Source: an uncultured Gemmataceae bacterium (lineage in GTDB: Bacteria > Planctomycetota > Planctomycetia > Gemmatales > Gemmataceae). From it: DNA of 64,000 nucleotides. The position numbers were made by a program, and so were the translations under genes. The stretch is taken from positions 3,008,001 to 3,072,000 of the forward strand of contig CAVVPN010000003.1 in the NCBI GenBank assembly GCA_963750165.1, in the 5' to 3' direction. The notes below the pieces were generated by a model. The model saw nothing but the letters and a program-made list of their open reading frames with translations. It did not search any database and was not told the DNA's origin. Numbering within the stretch: the stretch's first letter is position 1; each line of letters begins with the position of its first letter. Shown in pieces: positions 53,869 through 63,302 of this stretch.

Positions 53869-54288
53869 CGACGGTTCTCCACGGTGTGCAGGAGGAACGA
53901 AAATACGCCGTCACTCGCGACGGGACGTGGGGAAGGGCGGTTCAAAGCGCTCAGGGGGGTTGCAAACGTGGCTTTCAGAACCGCACGGAAAATTACGTTG
54001 CGAAAGCGCGTCTGTCAAGGAAATGACCGTAAAAATCTAGGGAGGAGCCTGAGATCCCCGGGATGGTCGCCGCGGGTCGGCGCACTCCAGGCCGTCAATG
54101 AAGAAAATGACGAGGTGCGGCTGTCGGCCGCCTTCGTGCCCCCGGAGGGACTCCTGGATCGACAGTGAAACGGGAGGCATTCTACTGGTCGTTGCGACTC
54201 AAGTGTAACGTAGTGCGGCTCTGGAGAACCGTCCTACGAAGACTGCTACCGTTCAGCTGCAATGGACCACTAACGAAAGGGGTGACAC

Positions 54289-55476
54289 ATGGCTGACACG
54301 GCTCAGGCGCCCTACGGGCGCAAGACCCAACGGCCGCCCGCCGTCAAGGAGGTCCACATCCTCTGGACCCCGGACGGCCTCGGTTGCGACGGCGACACCG
54401 TCTCCGTCACCGCCGCGACGCAGCCGAGCATCGAAGACATTGTGATGGGGGCCATCCCCGGGCTGCCGAAGGTCCACCTGCACAACCGCGTGCTGGCCTA
54501 CTCGCTCGGCGGTGACGAGTACCTGAAGGTCTGGCACGACGCCGCCGCGGGCCGGCTCGACGCCCCGTTCATCCTGGTGGTCGAGGGCTCGATCCCCAAC
54601 GAGGACATCAAAAACGAGGGCTACTGGGCGGCGATGGGCAACGACCCGCAGACCGGCCAGCCGATCACCCTGTGTCAATGGATCGACCGTCTGGCGCCGC
54701 GGGCGCTGGCGGTGGTCGGCTGCGGCACCTGTGCGGCCTACGGCGGCATTCACGCGATGGCCGGCAACCCGACCGGCTGCATGGGCCTGGCCGATTACCT
54801 CGGCTGGAACTGGCGGTCGCACGCCGGCCTGCCGATCATCAACGTGCCGGGCTGTCCGGTGCAGCCGGACAACATGACCGAGACGCTGCTGTACCTGCTC
54901 TACCAGGCGGCGGGCCTGGCGCCGATGATCCCGCTGGACGACAAGCTGCGGCCGACCTGGCTGTTCGGCAAGACGGTCCATGAGGGCTGCGACCGCGCCG
55001 GCTACTACGAGCAGGCCGACTTCGCCAACGAGTACGGCTCGCCCAAGTGCCTGGTGAAGCTCGGCTGCTGGGGCCCGGTGGTCAACTGCAACGTGACCAA
55101 GCGCGGCTGGATGAACGGCATCGGCGGTTGTCCGAACGTCGGCGGCATCTGCATCGCCTGCACGATGCCGGGCTTCCCGGACAAGTTCATGCCGTTCATG
55201 GATGAACCGCCTGGGGCCATCGGGTCCACGCTGCTGGTGAACCTGTACGGCACGGTGATCCGCAACCTGCGCGGCATGACCAACGCCACGGTGAACAAGG
55301 AGCCGAAGTGGCGGCACCGCGGCCGTTACCTGACCACCGGCTATCGCCCCTCGACGTACAGCCAGAGGTCAGAAGTCAGAGGTCAGGAGTCAGAGGTCAG
55401 AGATCAGGAGTCAGAAGTCAGAAGCCAGCGATCCGAGAGCCGAAAGCCGGAGTGGGCCCCGCGACGTGGCGTTTGA
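54289..55476 (+). CDS. hhyS: Group 1h [NiFe]-hydrogenase small subunit
   Basis: GLGCDGD (Cys/Asp proximal ligands), AATQPSIE, GCP, VHEGCDR, CIACTMPGFPD; no Tat signal. Confidence 0.93.
   Translation: MADTAQAPYGRKTQRPPAVKEVHILWTPDGLGCDGDTVSVTAATQPSIEDIVMGAIPGLPKVHLHNRVLAYSLGGDEYLKVWHDAAAGRLDAPFILVVEGSIPNEDIKNEGYWAAMGNDPQTGQPITLCQWIDRLAPRALAVVGCGTCAAYGGIHAMAGNPTGCMGLADYLGWNWRSHAGLPIINVPGCPVQPDNMTETLLYLLYQAAGLAPMIPLDDKLRPTWLFGKTVHEGCDRAGYYEQADFANEYGSPKCLVKLGCWGPVVNCNVTKRGWMNGIGGCPNVGGICIACTMPGFPDKFMPFMDEPPGAIGSTLLVNLYGTVIRNLRGMTNATVNKEPKWRHRGRYLTTGYRPSTYSQRSEVRGQESEVRDQESEVRSQRSESRKPEWAPRRGV
55363..55425 (+). repeat. Heptamer short tandem repeat (~GTCAGAG/GTCAGGA) inside the hhyS 3' end; reverse copy at ~55478-55498
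   Basis: AGAGGTC AGAAGTC AGAGGTC AGGAGTC... encodes SEVRGQESEVRDQESEVR. Confidence 0.85.
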
Positions 55477-55513
55477 TTTCTGACCTCTGACCTCTGAACC
55501 AAGGAGTGACATC

Positions 55514-57373
55514 ATGGTAACCGCGACTATCCCGCAGCGCGAGAGCGCGACCAGGGGCCGCAACCTGGTCGAGATGTCCTGGGACCCGATCACGCGCATC
55601 GTCGGCAGCCTGGGCATCTACACCAAGATCGACTTCGCCAACCGCCAGATCGCCGAGTGTTACAGCACCTCCTCGGTCTTCCGCGGCTACAGCGTGTTCA
55701 TGAAGGGCAAGGATCCGCGCGACGCCCACTTCATCACCAGCCGCATCTGCGGCATCTGCGGCGACAACCATGCCACCTGTGCCGTCTACGCCCAGAACAT
55801 GGCCTTCGATGTCCGGACGCCGCCGATGGGCGAGTGGATCATCAACCTCGGCGAGGCCGCCGAGTACATGTTCGATCACAACATTTTCCAGGAAAACCTC
55901 GTCGGTGTGGACTTCTGCGAACAGATGGTCAAGGAGACCAATCCGAAAGTCTGGGACCTGGCGCAGAAGACGCCGGCACCGCACGCCAACCTGCACAGGT
56001 ACCGCACCATCGCGGACATCATGACCTCGCTGAACCCGTTCACTGGCGAGTTCTACCGCGAAGCCCTGGTGATGAGCCGGCTGACGCGCGAGATGTTTTG
56101 CCTGATGGAAGGCCGGCACGTCCACCCCTCGACGCTGTACCCCGGCGGCACCGGCACCGTGCCGACGCCGCAGCTGTTCACGGACTACCTCGTGCGGCTG
56201 ATGAAGTACGTCGAGTTCATGAAAAAGGTGGTGCCGCTGCACGACGACCTGTTCGACTTCTTCTACCAGGCGCTGCCGGGCTACGAGAAGGTCGGCCAGC
56301 GCCGCGTGCTGCTCGGCTGCTGGGGCTCGTGGAACGACCCGGAGGTCTGCGATTACAAATATCAGAATATGAACAGGTGGGGCCGGGCGATGTACGTCAC
56401 GCCGGGCGTGATCGTGGACGGCCAGGCCGTCACGCATGACCTGGTGGACATCAACCTCGGCATCCGCATTTTGCTCGGCTCGTCCTTCTACGACGACTGG
56501 CAGCAGGGCGAGACGTTCGTGCAGCGCGACCCGCTGGGCAACCCAGTGGATCAGCGGCACCCGTGGAACCAGACGACGACGCCGCGGCCGCAGAAACGCG
56601 ACTTCGACGGCAACTACACCTGGGTGATGTCGCCGCGCTGGTACGACCAGCGCACGGGGGACTACCTGGCGCTGGACACGGGCGGCGGCCCGATTGCCCG
56701 GCTGTGGTCCACGGCCCTGGCGAACCTGGTGGACGTGGGCTACGTCAAGGCGACCGGCCACAGCGTCAAGATTTACCTGCCGAAGACGGCGCTGCTGCCG
56801 GAGGTCGAGTACGAGTGGAAGATTCCGAAGTGGAGCAACGCCCTGGAACGCAACCGGGCGCGGACGTACTTCCAGGCGTACGCCGCGGCGATGGGGCTGT
56901 ATTTCGCGGAGCGGGCCTTGAAGGCGCTGCACAGTGGCGACCACCGCACCTGGGCGGACTTCACGGTGCCGGAGGAAGCGATCGGCTGCGGCTTCCATGA
57001 GGCGGTGCGCGGCGTGCTGTCGCACCACGTCGTCATCCGCGACGGCAAGATCGCCAACTACCACCCGTATCCGCCGACGCCGTGGAACGCCAGCCCGCGT
57101 GACGTGTATGGTACGCCGGGGCCGTATGAGGACGCCGTGCAGAACACGCCGATCTTCGAGGAGAACGGGCCGGACAAGTTCAAGGGCATCGACATCATGC
57201 GGGCGGTGCGTAGCTTCGACCCGTGTCTGCCGTGCGGCGTCCATATGTACCACGGCGACGGCAAGCTGCTGGAAGTGCGGCACGTTCCGATGTTCGGGCG
57301 CACGGGTAGAGTTCTTCCACGTGGGGCAGACATTCCTGTCTGCCCCACGAAATCGGAGAAAAGTGCATCATGA
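55514..57373 (+). CDS. hhyL: Group 1h [NiFe]-hydrogenase large subunit
   Basis: WDPITRIVGSLG; L1 SRICGICGDNH; L2 RSFDPCLPCGVH; C-terminal extension. Confidence 0.95.
   Translation: MVTATIPQRESATRGRNLVEMSWDPITRIVGSLGIYTKIDFANRQIAECYSTSSVFRGYSVFMKGKDPRDAHFITSRICGICGDNHATCAVYAQNMAFDVRTPPMGEWIINLGEAAEYMFDHNIFQENLVGVDFCEQMVKETNPKVWDLAQKTPAPHANLHRYRTIADIMTSLNPFTGEFYREALVMSRLTREMFCLMEGRHVHPSTLYPGGTGTVPTPQLFTDYLVRLMKYVEFMKKVVPLHDDLFDFFYQALPGYEKVGQRRVLLGCWGSWNDPEVCDYKYQNMNRWGRAMYVTPGVIVDGQAVTHDLVDINLGIRILLGSSFYDDWQQGETFVQRDPLGNPVDQRHPWNQTTTPRPQKRDFDGNYTWVMSPRWYDQRTGDYLALDTGGGPIARLWSTALANLVDVGYVKATGHSVKIYLPKTALLPEVEYEWKIPKWSNALERNRARTYFQAYAAAMGLYFAERALKALHSGDHRTWADFTVPEEAIGCGFHEAVRGVLSHHVVIRDGKIANYHPYPPTPWNASPRDVYGTPGPYEDAVQNTPIFEENGPDKFKGIDIMRAVRSFDPCLPCGVHMYHGDGKLLEVRHVPMFGRTGRVLPRGADIPVCPTKSEKSAS
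57320..57349. repeat. REP palindrome within the hhyL C-terminal tail
   Basis: CGTGGGGCAGACA-TTCC-TGTCTGCCCCACG; same unit as 14715-14773. Confidence 0.85.
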
Positions 57374-57924
57374 CGAACCCCACGCCCGACGTCCGAGACT
57401 TTCAGGCCCGCCTGGAGCGCCTCGACGCACTGATCCGTGAGGTCGAGCGCTTCGCGGACCCGGCGGCGCAGGCGCACACGCGCGAAATCGTGCAGGCGCT
57501 GCTGGACCTGCACGGCGTCGGGCTGGACCGGCTGCTGGAGCATGTGGCCGCGGCGGACGAGGCCGGCGCCATCCTCGACACCTGCGCCAACGATGACGTG
57601 GTGAGTGGCCTGCTGCTGCTGCACGGCCTGCACCCGCTGGACCTGGAGGCCCGCGTCCATCAGGCCCTCGACAATGTGCAACCCCACCTCCGCAAGCACG
57701 GCGGTAGCGTCGAGTTGCTGGAAATCCGTGACGGAGTGGTGCGGCTGCGGCTGGAGGGCGATTGCCAGGCTTCTCCGTCAGCGGCCATGACGGTGCAGCA
57801 GACCATCGAGCAGGCGATCTGCGGCAAGGCCCCCGAGGTTATCGCGGTGGAGCTGGTGGGGCTGTCGGAAGGGCCGCCGATGGCGGAGGACGGCCGGCGC
57901 CGCATCGCCCTGCCTGTGTTGTGA
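57370..57924 (+). CDS. NifU-domain hydrogenase-associated protein (HhyE-like)
   Basis: LLLLHGLHP...RV..AL..V.P.L..HGG.VEL...LRLEG.C; starts with an ATGA overlap on hhyL. Confidence 0.85.
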   Translation: MTNPTPDVRDFQARLERLDALIREVERFADPAAQAHTREIVQALLDLHGVGLDRLLEHVAAADEAGAILDTCANDDVVSGLLLLHGLHPLDLEARVHQALDNVQPHLRKHGGSVELLEIRDGVVRLRLEGDCQASPSAAMTVQQTIEQAICGKAPEVIAVELVGLSEGPPMAEDGRRRIALPVL

Positions 57925-57953
57925 ATGAACCCAATGCCGAGAGGAGGGACGAC

Positions 57954-58154
57954 ATGGCCTGTCACGACGAACGTGCCGAATTGCCCGCCCACACAGCGGG
58001 CGTGCCGAAGGGCGAGGAACGAGTGCGGCACCACGGCCGCGAACCGGGCCGCCAGGACAAACGCTTCGTGCGCACCGCCCGCGACGCCACGAGCGTCAAC
58101 CCGCAGGCCCAGGAGCCCATCGACCCGCGGATGCCACACCTGCCGCCCGCGTGA
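57954..58154 (+). CDS. Small protein of the kind found in group 1h clusters
   Basis: GAGGAGG RBS; 66 aa with 'HTAGVPKGEE...RTARDATSVNP....PIDPRMPHLPPA'. Confidence 0.7.
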   Translation: MACHDERAELPAHTAGVPKGEERVRHHGREPGRQDKRFVRTARDATSVNPQAQEPIDPRMPHLPPA

Positions 58155-58169
58155 AGACCGGGAGCCGTC

Positions 58170-58808
58170 ATGAAACCCGATGCCCGTCCCTTGCCGAACG
58201 CTCTGGCGTCGCTGCGCCGCTATGCACGGCCGCGCGCCCCCCGGGAGCGGTGCGAACTGTGCGGCCTCGACCTGGCGGACGAGCACGCGCACCTGGTCGA
58301 ACTGGCCAGCCGGCGGCTGTGCTGCGCCTGCGACGCCTGCGCCGTGCTGTTCGGCAGTCCCGGCGCGGCCAGGTATCGCCGGGTGCCGCGGGATTGCTGG
58401 CGACTGACCGACTTTCGCATGACGGACGTGCAGTGGGAGGAGCTGAACGTGCCGATCGGCCTGGCGTTTTTCCTGCCGACCGCGGCCGGGAGTGTGGCCG
58501 CCCTGTACCCGAGCCCGGCCGGCGCCACCGAGGCGCTGCCGTCACAGGAAGCGTGGCAGGCGCTGGCGGCGGACAACCCGGTCCTGCGCGAACTGACGCC
58601 GGACGTGGAGGCGCTACTCGTGAACCGCTTGGCGGCGCCGCCGGAGTATTACCGCCTCGGCATCGACCAGTGTTACAAGCTGGTGGGCCTCGTCCGCAGC
58701 CACTGGCGCGGCCTGTCGGGTGGAGACGCGCTGTGGACGGAGGTTCTAAAATTCTTCGCCGCGCTGCGCGAGCGGGCGCGGTCGGTCGGAGGCGCCGCCC
58801 ATGCCTGA
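58170..58808 (+). CDS. DUF5947 / HhaA-like hydrogenase accessory protein
   Basis: ERCELC...EH.H...CACDAC, PIGLAFF, YPSPAGATE and IDQCYKLVGLVR..WRG motifs. Confidence 0.85.
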   Translation: MKPDARPLPNALASLRRYARPRAPRERCELCGLDLADEHAHLVELASRRLCCACDACAVLFGSPGAARYRRVPRDCWRLTDFRMTDVQWEELNVPIGLAFFLPTAAGSVAALYPSPAGATEALPSQEAWQALAADNPVLRELTPDVEALLVNRLAAPPEYYRLGIDQCYKLVGLVRSHWRGLSGGDALWTEVLKFFAALRERARSVGGAAHA

Positions 58809-59529
58809 CCTGAATTTCCAGGTGGAGGCGGCGACGCCGGAGCGTGTCGCGGCGGAGCCGTTGCTGCTTTTCCGGGTCCGTGTCAGCGAAACCACGGGGG
58901 CGACACCAATCCACAGTGTCCTGCTCCGCTGCCAGATCCGCATCGAGCCGGGGCGGCGACACCACAGCCCCGCGGAGCAGCAGCGGCTGCTCGACCTGTT
59001 CGGCACACCGGAGCGCTGGGGCCAGACGTTGCGCCCCATGCTGTGGACGCACGCCAGCGTCCTGGTGCCAGCGTTCACGAGCGCTGCCGCCGTGGACCTG
59101 CCGGTGCCGTGCAGTTTTGACTTCAACCTGGCCGCCACGAAGTATTTTGACGCGCTGCAGGGGGGTGACATCCCACTGTGCTTCCTGTTCAGTGGCACGA
59201 TCTTCTACGAGGCGGCCGACGGCGGCTTGCAGGTGGCGCAAATTTCCTGGGAGAAGGAAGCATCCTTCCGGCTGTCCGCGGCGACGTGGCGGGAGCTGAT
59301 GGACCGCCACTACCCCAACAGCGCCTGGCTGTGTCTGCGGCAGGACGTATTCAACCGCTTGTCGCGCTACAAGAGCCGCCGCGGCCTGCCGACCTGGGAG
59401 CAGGCGCTGGAGGAACTGCTGACCGCGGCCGAGCCTGCTTCGTTCGTAGTACCGCCTTCAGGCGGGTTGGAGCGAAGACCGCCTGAAGGCGGTACTACGA
59501 ACGAAGAAAAGAAACAGGTGCTGCCATGA
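58801..59529 (+). CDS. DUF6084 / HhaB-like hydrogenase accessory protein
   Basis: LRCQIRIEP, LFGTPERWG.TL, KYFDAL, FLFSGTIFY and HYPNSAWL motifs. Confidence 0.85.
   Translation: MPDLNFQVEAATPERVAAEPLLLFRVRVSETTGATPIHSVLLRCQIRIEPGRRHHSPAEQQRLLDLFGTPERWGQTLRPMLWTHASVLVPAFTSAAAVDLPVPCSFDFNLAATKYFDALQGGDIPLCFLFSGTIFYEAADGGLQVAQISWEKEASFRLSAATWRELMDRHYPNSAWLCLRQDVFNRLSRYKSRRGLPTWEQALEELLTAAEPASFVVPPSGGLERRPPEGGTTNEEKKQVLP
59438..59506. repeat. 69-bp REP doublet in frame inside the DUF6084 gene
   Basis: Same family as 48821-48889; length is 23 codons. Confidence 0.85.
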
Positions 59530-60587
59530 CCCGTCCACTCGTGGACCGCATCGCCGACGCCGTGCTATACGAGGGCTACCTCCTCTACCCCTATCGGCCG
59601 TCGGTCAAGAACCGTCAGCGCTGGACCTTCGGCGGTCTGTATCCCGAGCCATTTTGTCAGGCGAATGCCAGCGGCGATGCCTCGGAGAGCCAGACGGAGT
59701 GTCTGGTCGAGGGGGACTCGGACACAGTGTTGGAGGCGACCGTCCGCTTCCTGCACCTGACGGACCGCCGCGTCGGGGAGTTCGTCCCGCCCCTGGCGGA
59801 GTGGCCACGAGGCTCGGAACCCGAGTATCGGTTGACTGAGACTCTCCGAGTTGGGGACCGTGTTTACTATCCGTGGCAAGAGGCCCAGGAGCGTGCGGTG
59901 TCCCTCGGCAGTCTGAGACTGGCGGACCTCCCGAACCAGTCCGAGTGTCGGAACTTCACCTTCCCGGGCAGGCCTGGCTGGAACCGCTTCCGGGCACGGC
60001 TGGGGAAATTGTCGGCGTCCTGGTACGGGAGCAGCAGGAGGTTCGGGGGACTGTCGAGGTGTCCGCCACCCGGGTGGCCGAGGGGTTGTACCGCCTGACA
60101 CTCCGAGTCCGGAATCGAACACCGCTGGGCGAGGGCACGGCAAGCAGGCGCGACGCCGCCCAGCTGCGGTCGCTGATTTCGACACACGCCATCCTCGGCG
60201 TCCGCGGCGGTGCCTTCGTCTCGCTGCTGGACCCACCAACGGAGTGGGCGGCGGCGGCTGCGGCGTGCCGCAACGTCGGCGTCTGGCCGGTGCTGGTCGG
60301 CGCAGGGGCAGCGTGACACCATGCTGTCAGCGCCGATCATCCTCTACGATTATCCGCAGATCGCGCCCGAGAGCCCCGGCGATTTCTTTGACGGCACCGA
60401 GATCGACGAGATGTTGACGCTGCGCATCCAGACACTGACGGACGATGAGAAGCAGGCGATGGCGGCGGTGGACGAGCGGGCGCGGGCGCTGCTGCAGCGC
60501 ACCGCTGACCTGACCGGCAACCAGTTCCGGCAACTGCACGGCACCCTCCGCGCGCTCCGGGTTGTCCCGGAAGGGGGGCGGCCATGA
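59526..60587 (+). CDS. HhaC-like hydrogenase accessory protein (frameshifts ~59965 and ~60305)
   Basis: IADAVLYEGYLLYPYR; 'F.SLLDPP'; 'LSAPIILYDYPQIAPESPGDFFDGTEIDEMLTLR' across three frames. Confidence 0.8.
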
Positions 60588-60889
60588 CGGACTGGGGCCC
60601 CGAGTCGGATCGCAAGCGCGTGGAGTGCGTCCACATCGGCCCTGCCGAGGTGCGGCCGGGCGACCGTGTTCGGCTGCGGCCGCGCGGCCGGGCCGACATC
60701 TTCGACCTGGCACTGGTCGGGAAGACCGCCACCGTCGAGTCGATTGAACAGGACTTCGACGGTCGGGTCTACCTGGCCGTGACCGTGGACGACGACCCCG
60801 GCCGCGATCTCGGTGTGCTACGTCAGCCCGGCCACCGCTTCTTCTTCGCTCCCGAGGAAGTGGAGCCGCTTTCCCGGGGGGAGCCATGA
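60584..60889 (+). CDS. SH3-like hydrogenase-cluster accessory protein
   Basis: GDRVRLRP...ADIFD.AL.G..A.VE..E.D.....LAVTVDDDPG...HRFFF.PEEVE; coupled to neighbours by ATGA overlaps. Confidence 0.75.
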   Translation: MTDWGPESDRKRVECVHIGPAEVRPGDRVRLRPRGRADIFDLALVGKTATVESIEQDFDGRVYLAVTVDDDPGRDLGVLRQPGHRFFFAPEEVEPLSRGEP

Positions 60890-61452
60890 TCGTCCATTAT
60901 CGGCTCGATTCCGATCACAGTCGCTTCACGGTGCAGGCGTTCGCCACCGGCATGTTGTCGTTCCTTGGCCACAGTCCGACTTTCACCGTCGGAGACTATG
61001 CGGGCGAACTGCGGCTCGATCACGACACCCTGGGCGGATCATTATGGGTGACCGTCCGCGCCGATTCTCTGGAACTGCTGGATCAGGTCAGCGCCGCTGA
61101 CCGGCGAGACATCGAGGACCGAATGCGGCGCGAGGTGCTGGAAACCAACACTTACCCCGAGATACGACTGGCGGCGGAGAACCTGTCGGGGGGCGCGACC
61201 GAAGGCAATCAGTATCGGCTGCACATCCGCGGCCAGCTGGCGCTGCACAGCGGCACGCGGTCCCTGGAAGTGGACGCCCGGCTGCTGGCCTTCCGGGACG
61301 GGGTGCGAATTAGCGCAGCGTTTCCGTTGCGCATGTCGGAGTACGGCATCCGGCCGGTCACGGCCCTCGGCGGCGCCATCAAGCTCAAGGACGAACTCCG
61401 CGTCGCGTTCGACCTGGCGTTCGTGCGGGACGACAACCCGGAGAAGTCATGA
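60886..61452 (+). CDS. YceI-family (polyisoprenoid-binding) protein without signal peptide
   Basis: Y.LD..HS, 'LE...YPEI', G.L.LH and YGI.P motifs. Confidence 0.8.
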   Translation: MIVHYRLDSDHSRFTVQAFATGMLSFLGHSPTFTVGDYAGELRLDHDTLGGSLWVTVRADSLELLDQVSAADRRDIEDRMRREVLETNTYPEIRLAAENLSGGATEGNQYRLHIRGQLALHSGTRSLEVDARLLAFRDGVRISAAFPLRMSEYGIRPVTALGGAIKLKDELRVAFDLAFVRDDNPEKS

Positions 61453-61958
61453 GCCGCCCGCGTGTCCTGGTCGCTGGTGTCGGCAACATCTTCCTGGGCG
61501 ACGACGCCTTCGGGGTGGAGGTTGCCCAGCGTCTGGCCCGGCGCCCCCTGCCGGACGGTGTGCGGGTGGTCGATTTCGGCATCCGCGGCCTGGACCTGAC
61601 CTACGCCCTGCTCGACGGCTATGACGCCGTGGTCCTGGTGGACGCGGCGCCGCGCGGCGGTTCTCCCGGGACGCTCTATGTGCTGGAGCCGGAGCAAGCG
61701 GAACCGACGGCCGGCGATTTGCAGGTGGAAGGACACGCCCTGGATCCGGTCAAGGTGTTGCGCCTGGCCGTGGCCCTGGGAGGACGGGTCGGCCGGCTGC
61801 TCGTCGTGGGCTGTGAGCCCGGGACCGCTGCCACGGCGGCGGACCTGAGCATGGGCCTGAGCGACCCCGTGCGAGCGGCCGTGGACGAGGCGGTGCCGCT
61901 CATCGAAGGACTGGTCGGCAAACTCCTGCGGGTCGGGAGCGAGGCCGAGGTACAATAA
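61449..61958 (+). CDS. Hydrogenase maturation protease (HybD/HupD family)
   Basis: GVGNIFLGDDAFG, LVDA, H and VGCEP motifs. Confidence 0.93.
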   Translation: MSRPRVLVAGVGNIFLGDDAFGVEVAQRLARRPLPDGVRVVDFGIRGLDLTYALLDGYDAVVLVDAAPRGGSPGTLYVLEPEQAEPTAGDLQVEGHALDPVKVLRLAVALGGRVGRLLVVGCEPGTAATAADLSMGLSDPVRAAVDEAVPLIEGLVGKLLRVGSEAEVQ

Positions 61959-61989
61959 CATCACCACACCTGGCAAGGGAGGCGTAATC

Positions 61990-62198
61990 ATGGCGAACCG
62001 GATGTCGGAGTATCAGGAGCGCTCGCTGGGGTATTCGGAGGATGGGGGCGCTGGCCCCGAGACCTTCGGGAGGACGACCGGCGGGGCGGCGGGTTGGGTC
62101 TGCTGCTTGGCGGGCTGGCGGTGCTCGGGTTGGGAGCCTGGGCGTGGTACAAACTCGGCCCGGACGTTCGGCGCTATCTGAAAATGCGTTCGATGTGA
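61990..62198 (+). CDS. Small single-TM DUF6893-like protein (probable 1-bp indel ~62040)
   Basis: GGAGG RBS at start; alternative frame gives 'GLGLLLGGLAVLGLGAWAWYKLGPDVRRYLKMRSM*'. Confidence 0.6.
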
Positions 62199-62204
62199 GG
62201 AGTC

Positions 62205-62549
62205 ATGCACGAACTGTCGATCGCCCTGAGCATCGTGGACATGGCGACCGAAGAGGCCGAGCGGCAGGGCGGCCGTGTCGCCGCGGTGCATCTGCGGCTC
62301 GGCCCGCTGTCCGGTGTCGTCAAGGAGGCGCTGCGGTCGGCCTATGGCCTGGCCCGTGAAGGCACGGCCCTGGCGACGGCCGAGCTGGTCGTCGAGGACG
62401 TGCCGCTGGTGGGCTACTGCCGCGCCTGCGACGCCGCGCGGCCGTTGCCCTCGGTCTGGGAACTCCGCTGCCCCGAGTGCGGCGGCCCGACGCCGGAGAT
62501 CGTGAGCGGCCGCGAGCTGGAAGTGTTTGCCCTTGAGGTCGAATTGTGA
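62205..62549 (+). CDS. hypA: Hydrogenase nickel metallochaperone
   Basis: MHELSIA, CxxC...CPxCG and GREL motifs. Confidence 0.96.
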   Translation: MHELSIALSIVDMATEEAERQGGRVAAVHLRLGPLSGVVKEALRSAYGLAREGTALATAELVVEDVPLVGYCRACDAARPLPSVWELRCPECGGPTPEIVSGRELEVFALEVEL

Positions 62550-63220
62550 GCAACCACCCGCGCCTGGTCGAGGTCCGCCAGAATGTCCTGAAGCAGAATG
62601 ACGTGGTGGCCCGCGCCCTGCGCGAACGCTTCCGCGCGGCGGGGGTGTACGTGGTCAGCCTGGTGTCCAGCCCCGGGGCCGGCAAGACCGCGTTCCTGGA
62701 GCAGACGCTCGGCCTGCTCCGCGAACGTTACCGGGTGGCGGCACTGGTCGGCGACCTGGCGACCGACAACGACGCCCGCCGCCTGGCCCGCAGCGGGGCG
62801 CCCGTCAAGCAGATCGTGACGGGGACGGTCTGTCACCTGGAAGCGGCCATGGTCCGCGACGCCCTGGAGGGTTGGCAACCGGCGGACCTGGACTTCCTGT
62901 TTGTCGAGAACGTCGGCAACCTGGTGTGCCCGGCGACGTTCGACCTGGGCGAGGCCCTGCGGTTGGTGCTCTTCTCGGTGACCGAGGGCGAGGACAAGCC
63001 GCTCAAGTACCCGACCATCTTCAACACGGCGGATGTGACGCTCATCACCAAGACGGACCTGGCCGCAGCGGTGGAGTTCGACGCCGCGGCGGCGCACCGC
63101 AGTATTGAGGCGGTGCGGCCGGGGATGCGCGTCTTCGAGGTATCGGCGAAGACCGGACAGGGGATGGAACAATGGCTGGACTTCCTCAGAGATCGGGCCG
63201 CGGTGGCAATGAACTCGTGA
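62546..63220 (+). CDS. hypB: Hydrogenase nickel-insertion GTPase
   Basis: [33 protein letters not shown] and TKTD motifs. Confidence 0.96.
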   Translation: MSNHPRLVEVRQNVLKQNDVVARALRERFRAAGVYVVSLVSSPGAGKTAFLEQTLGLLRERYRVAALVGDLATDNDARRLARSGAPVKQIVTGTVCHLEAAMVRDALEGWQPADLDFLFVENVGNLVCPATFDLGEALRLVLFSVTEGEDKPLKYPTIFNTADVTLITKTDLAAAVEFDAAAAHRSIEAVRPGMRVFEVSAKTGQGMEQWLDFLRDRAAVAMNS

Positions 63221-63302
63221 ACTGGATTTTGCAAGCAGCGGCCGCCACTTGACGAGGGTGGCTACAATGGGTCAGTGCGGACCCTTCCATGAGGAGCCAC
63301 CC

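Noticed and set aside
53937..53983. GTTGCA...GCTTTCA upstream of the third extracellular protein as the same motif seen before the DUF4214 genes
   Set aside because: Spacing differs and the flanking boxes are absent; too weak to call
57210..57245. NiFeSe hydrogenase
   Set aside because: The L2 motif is DPCLPC with Cys codons and no TGA
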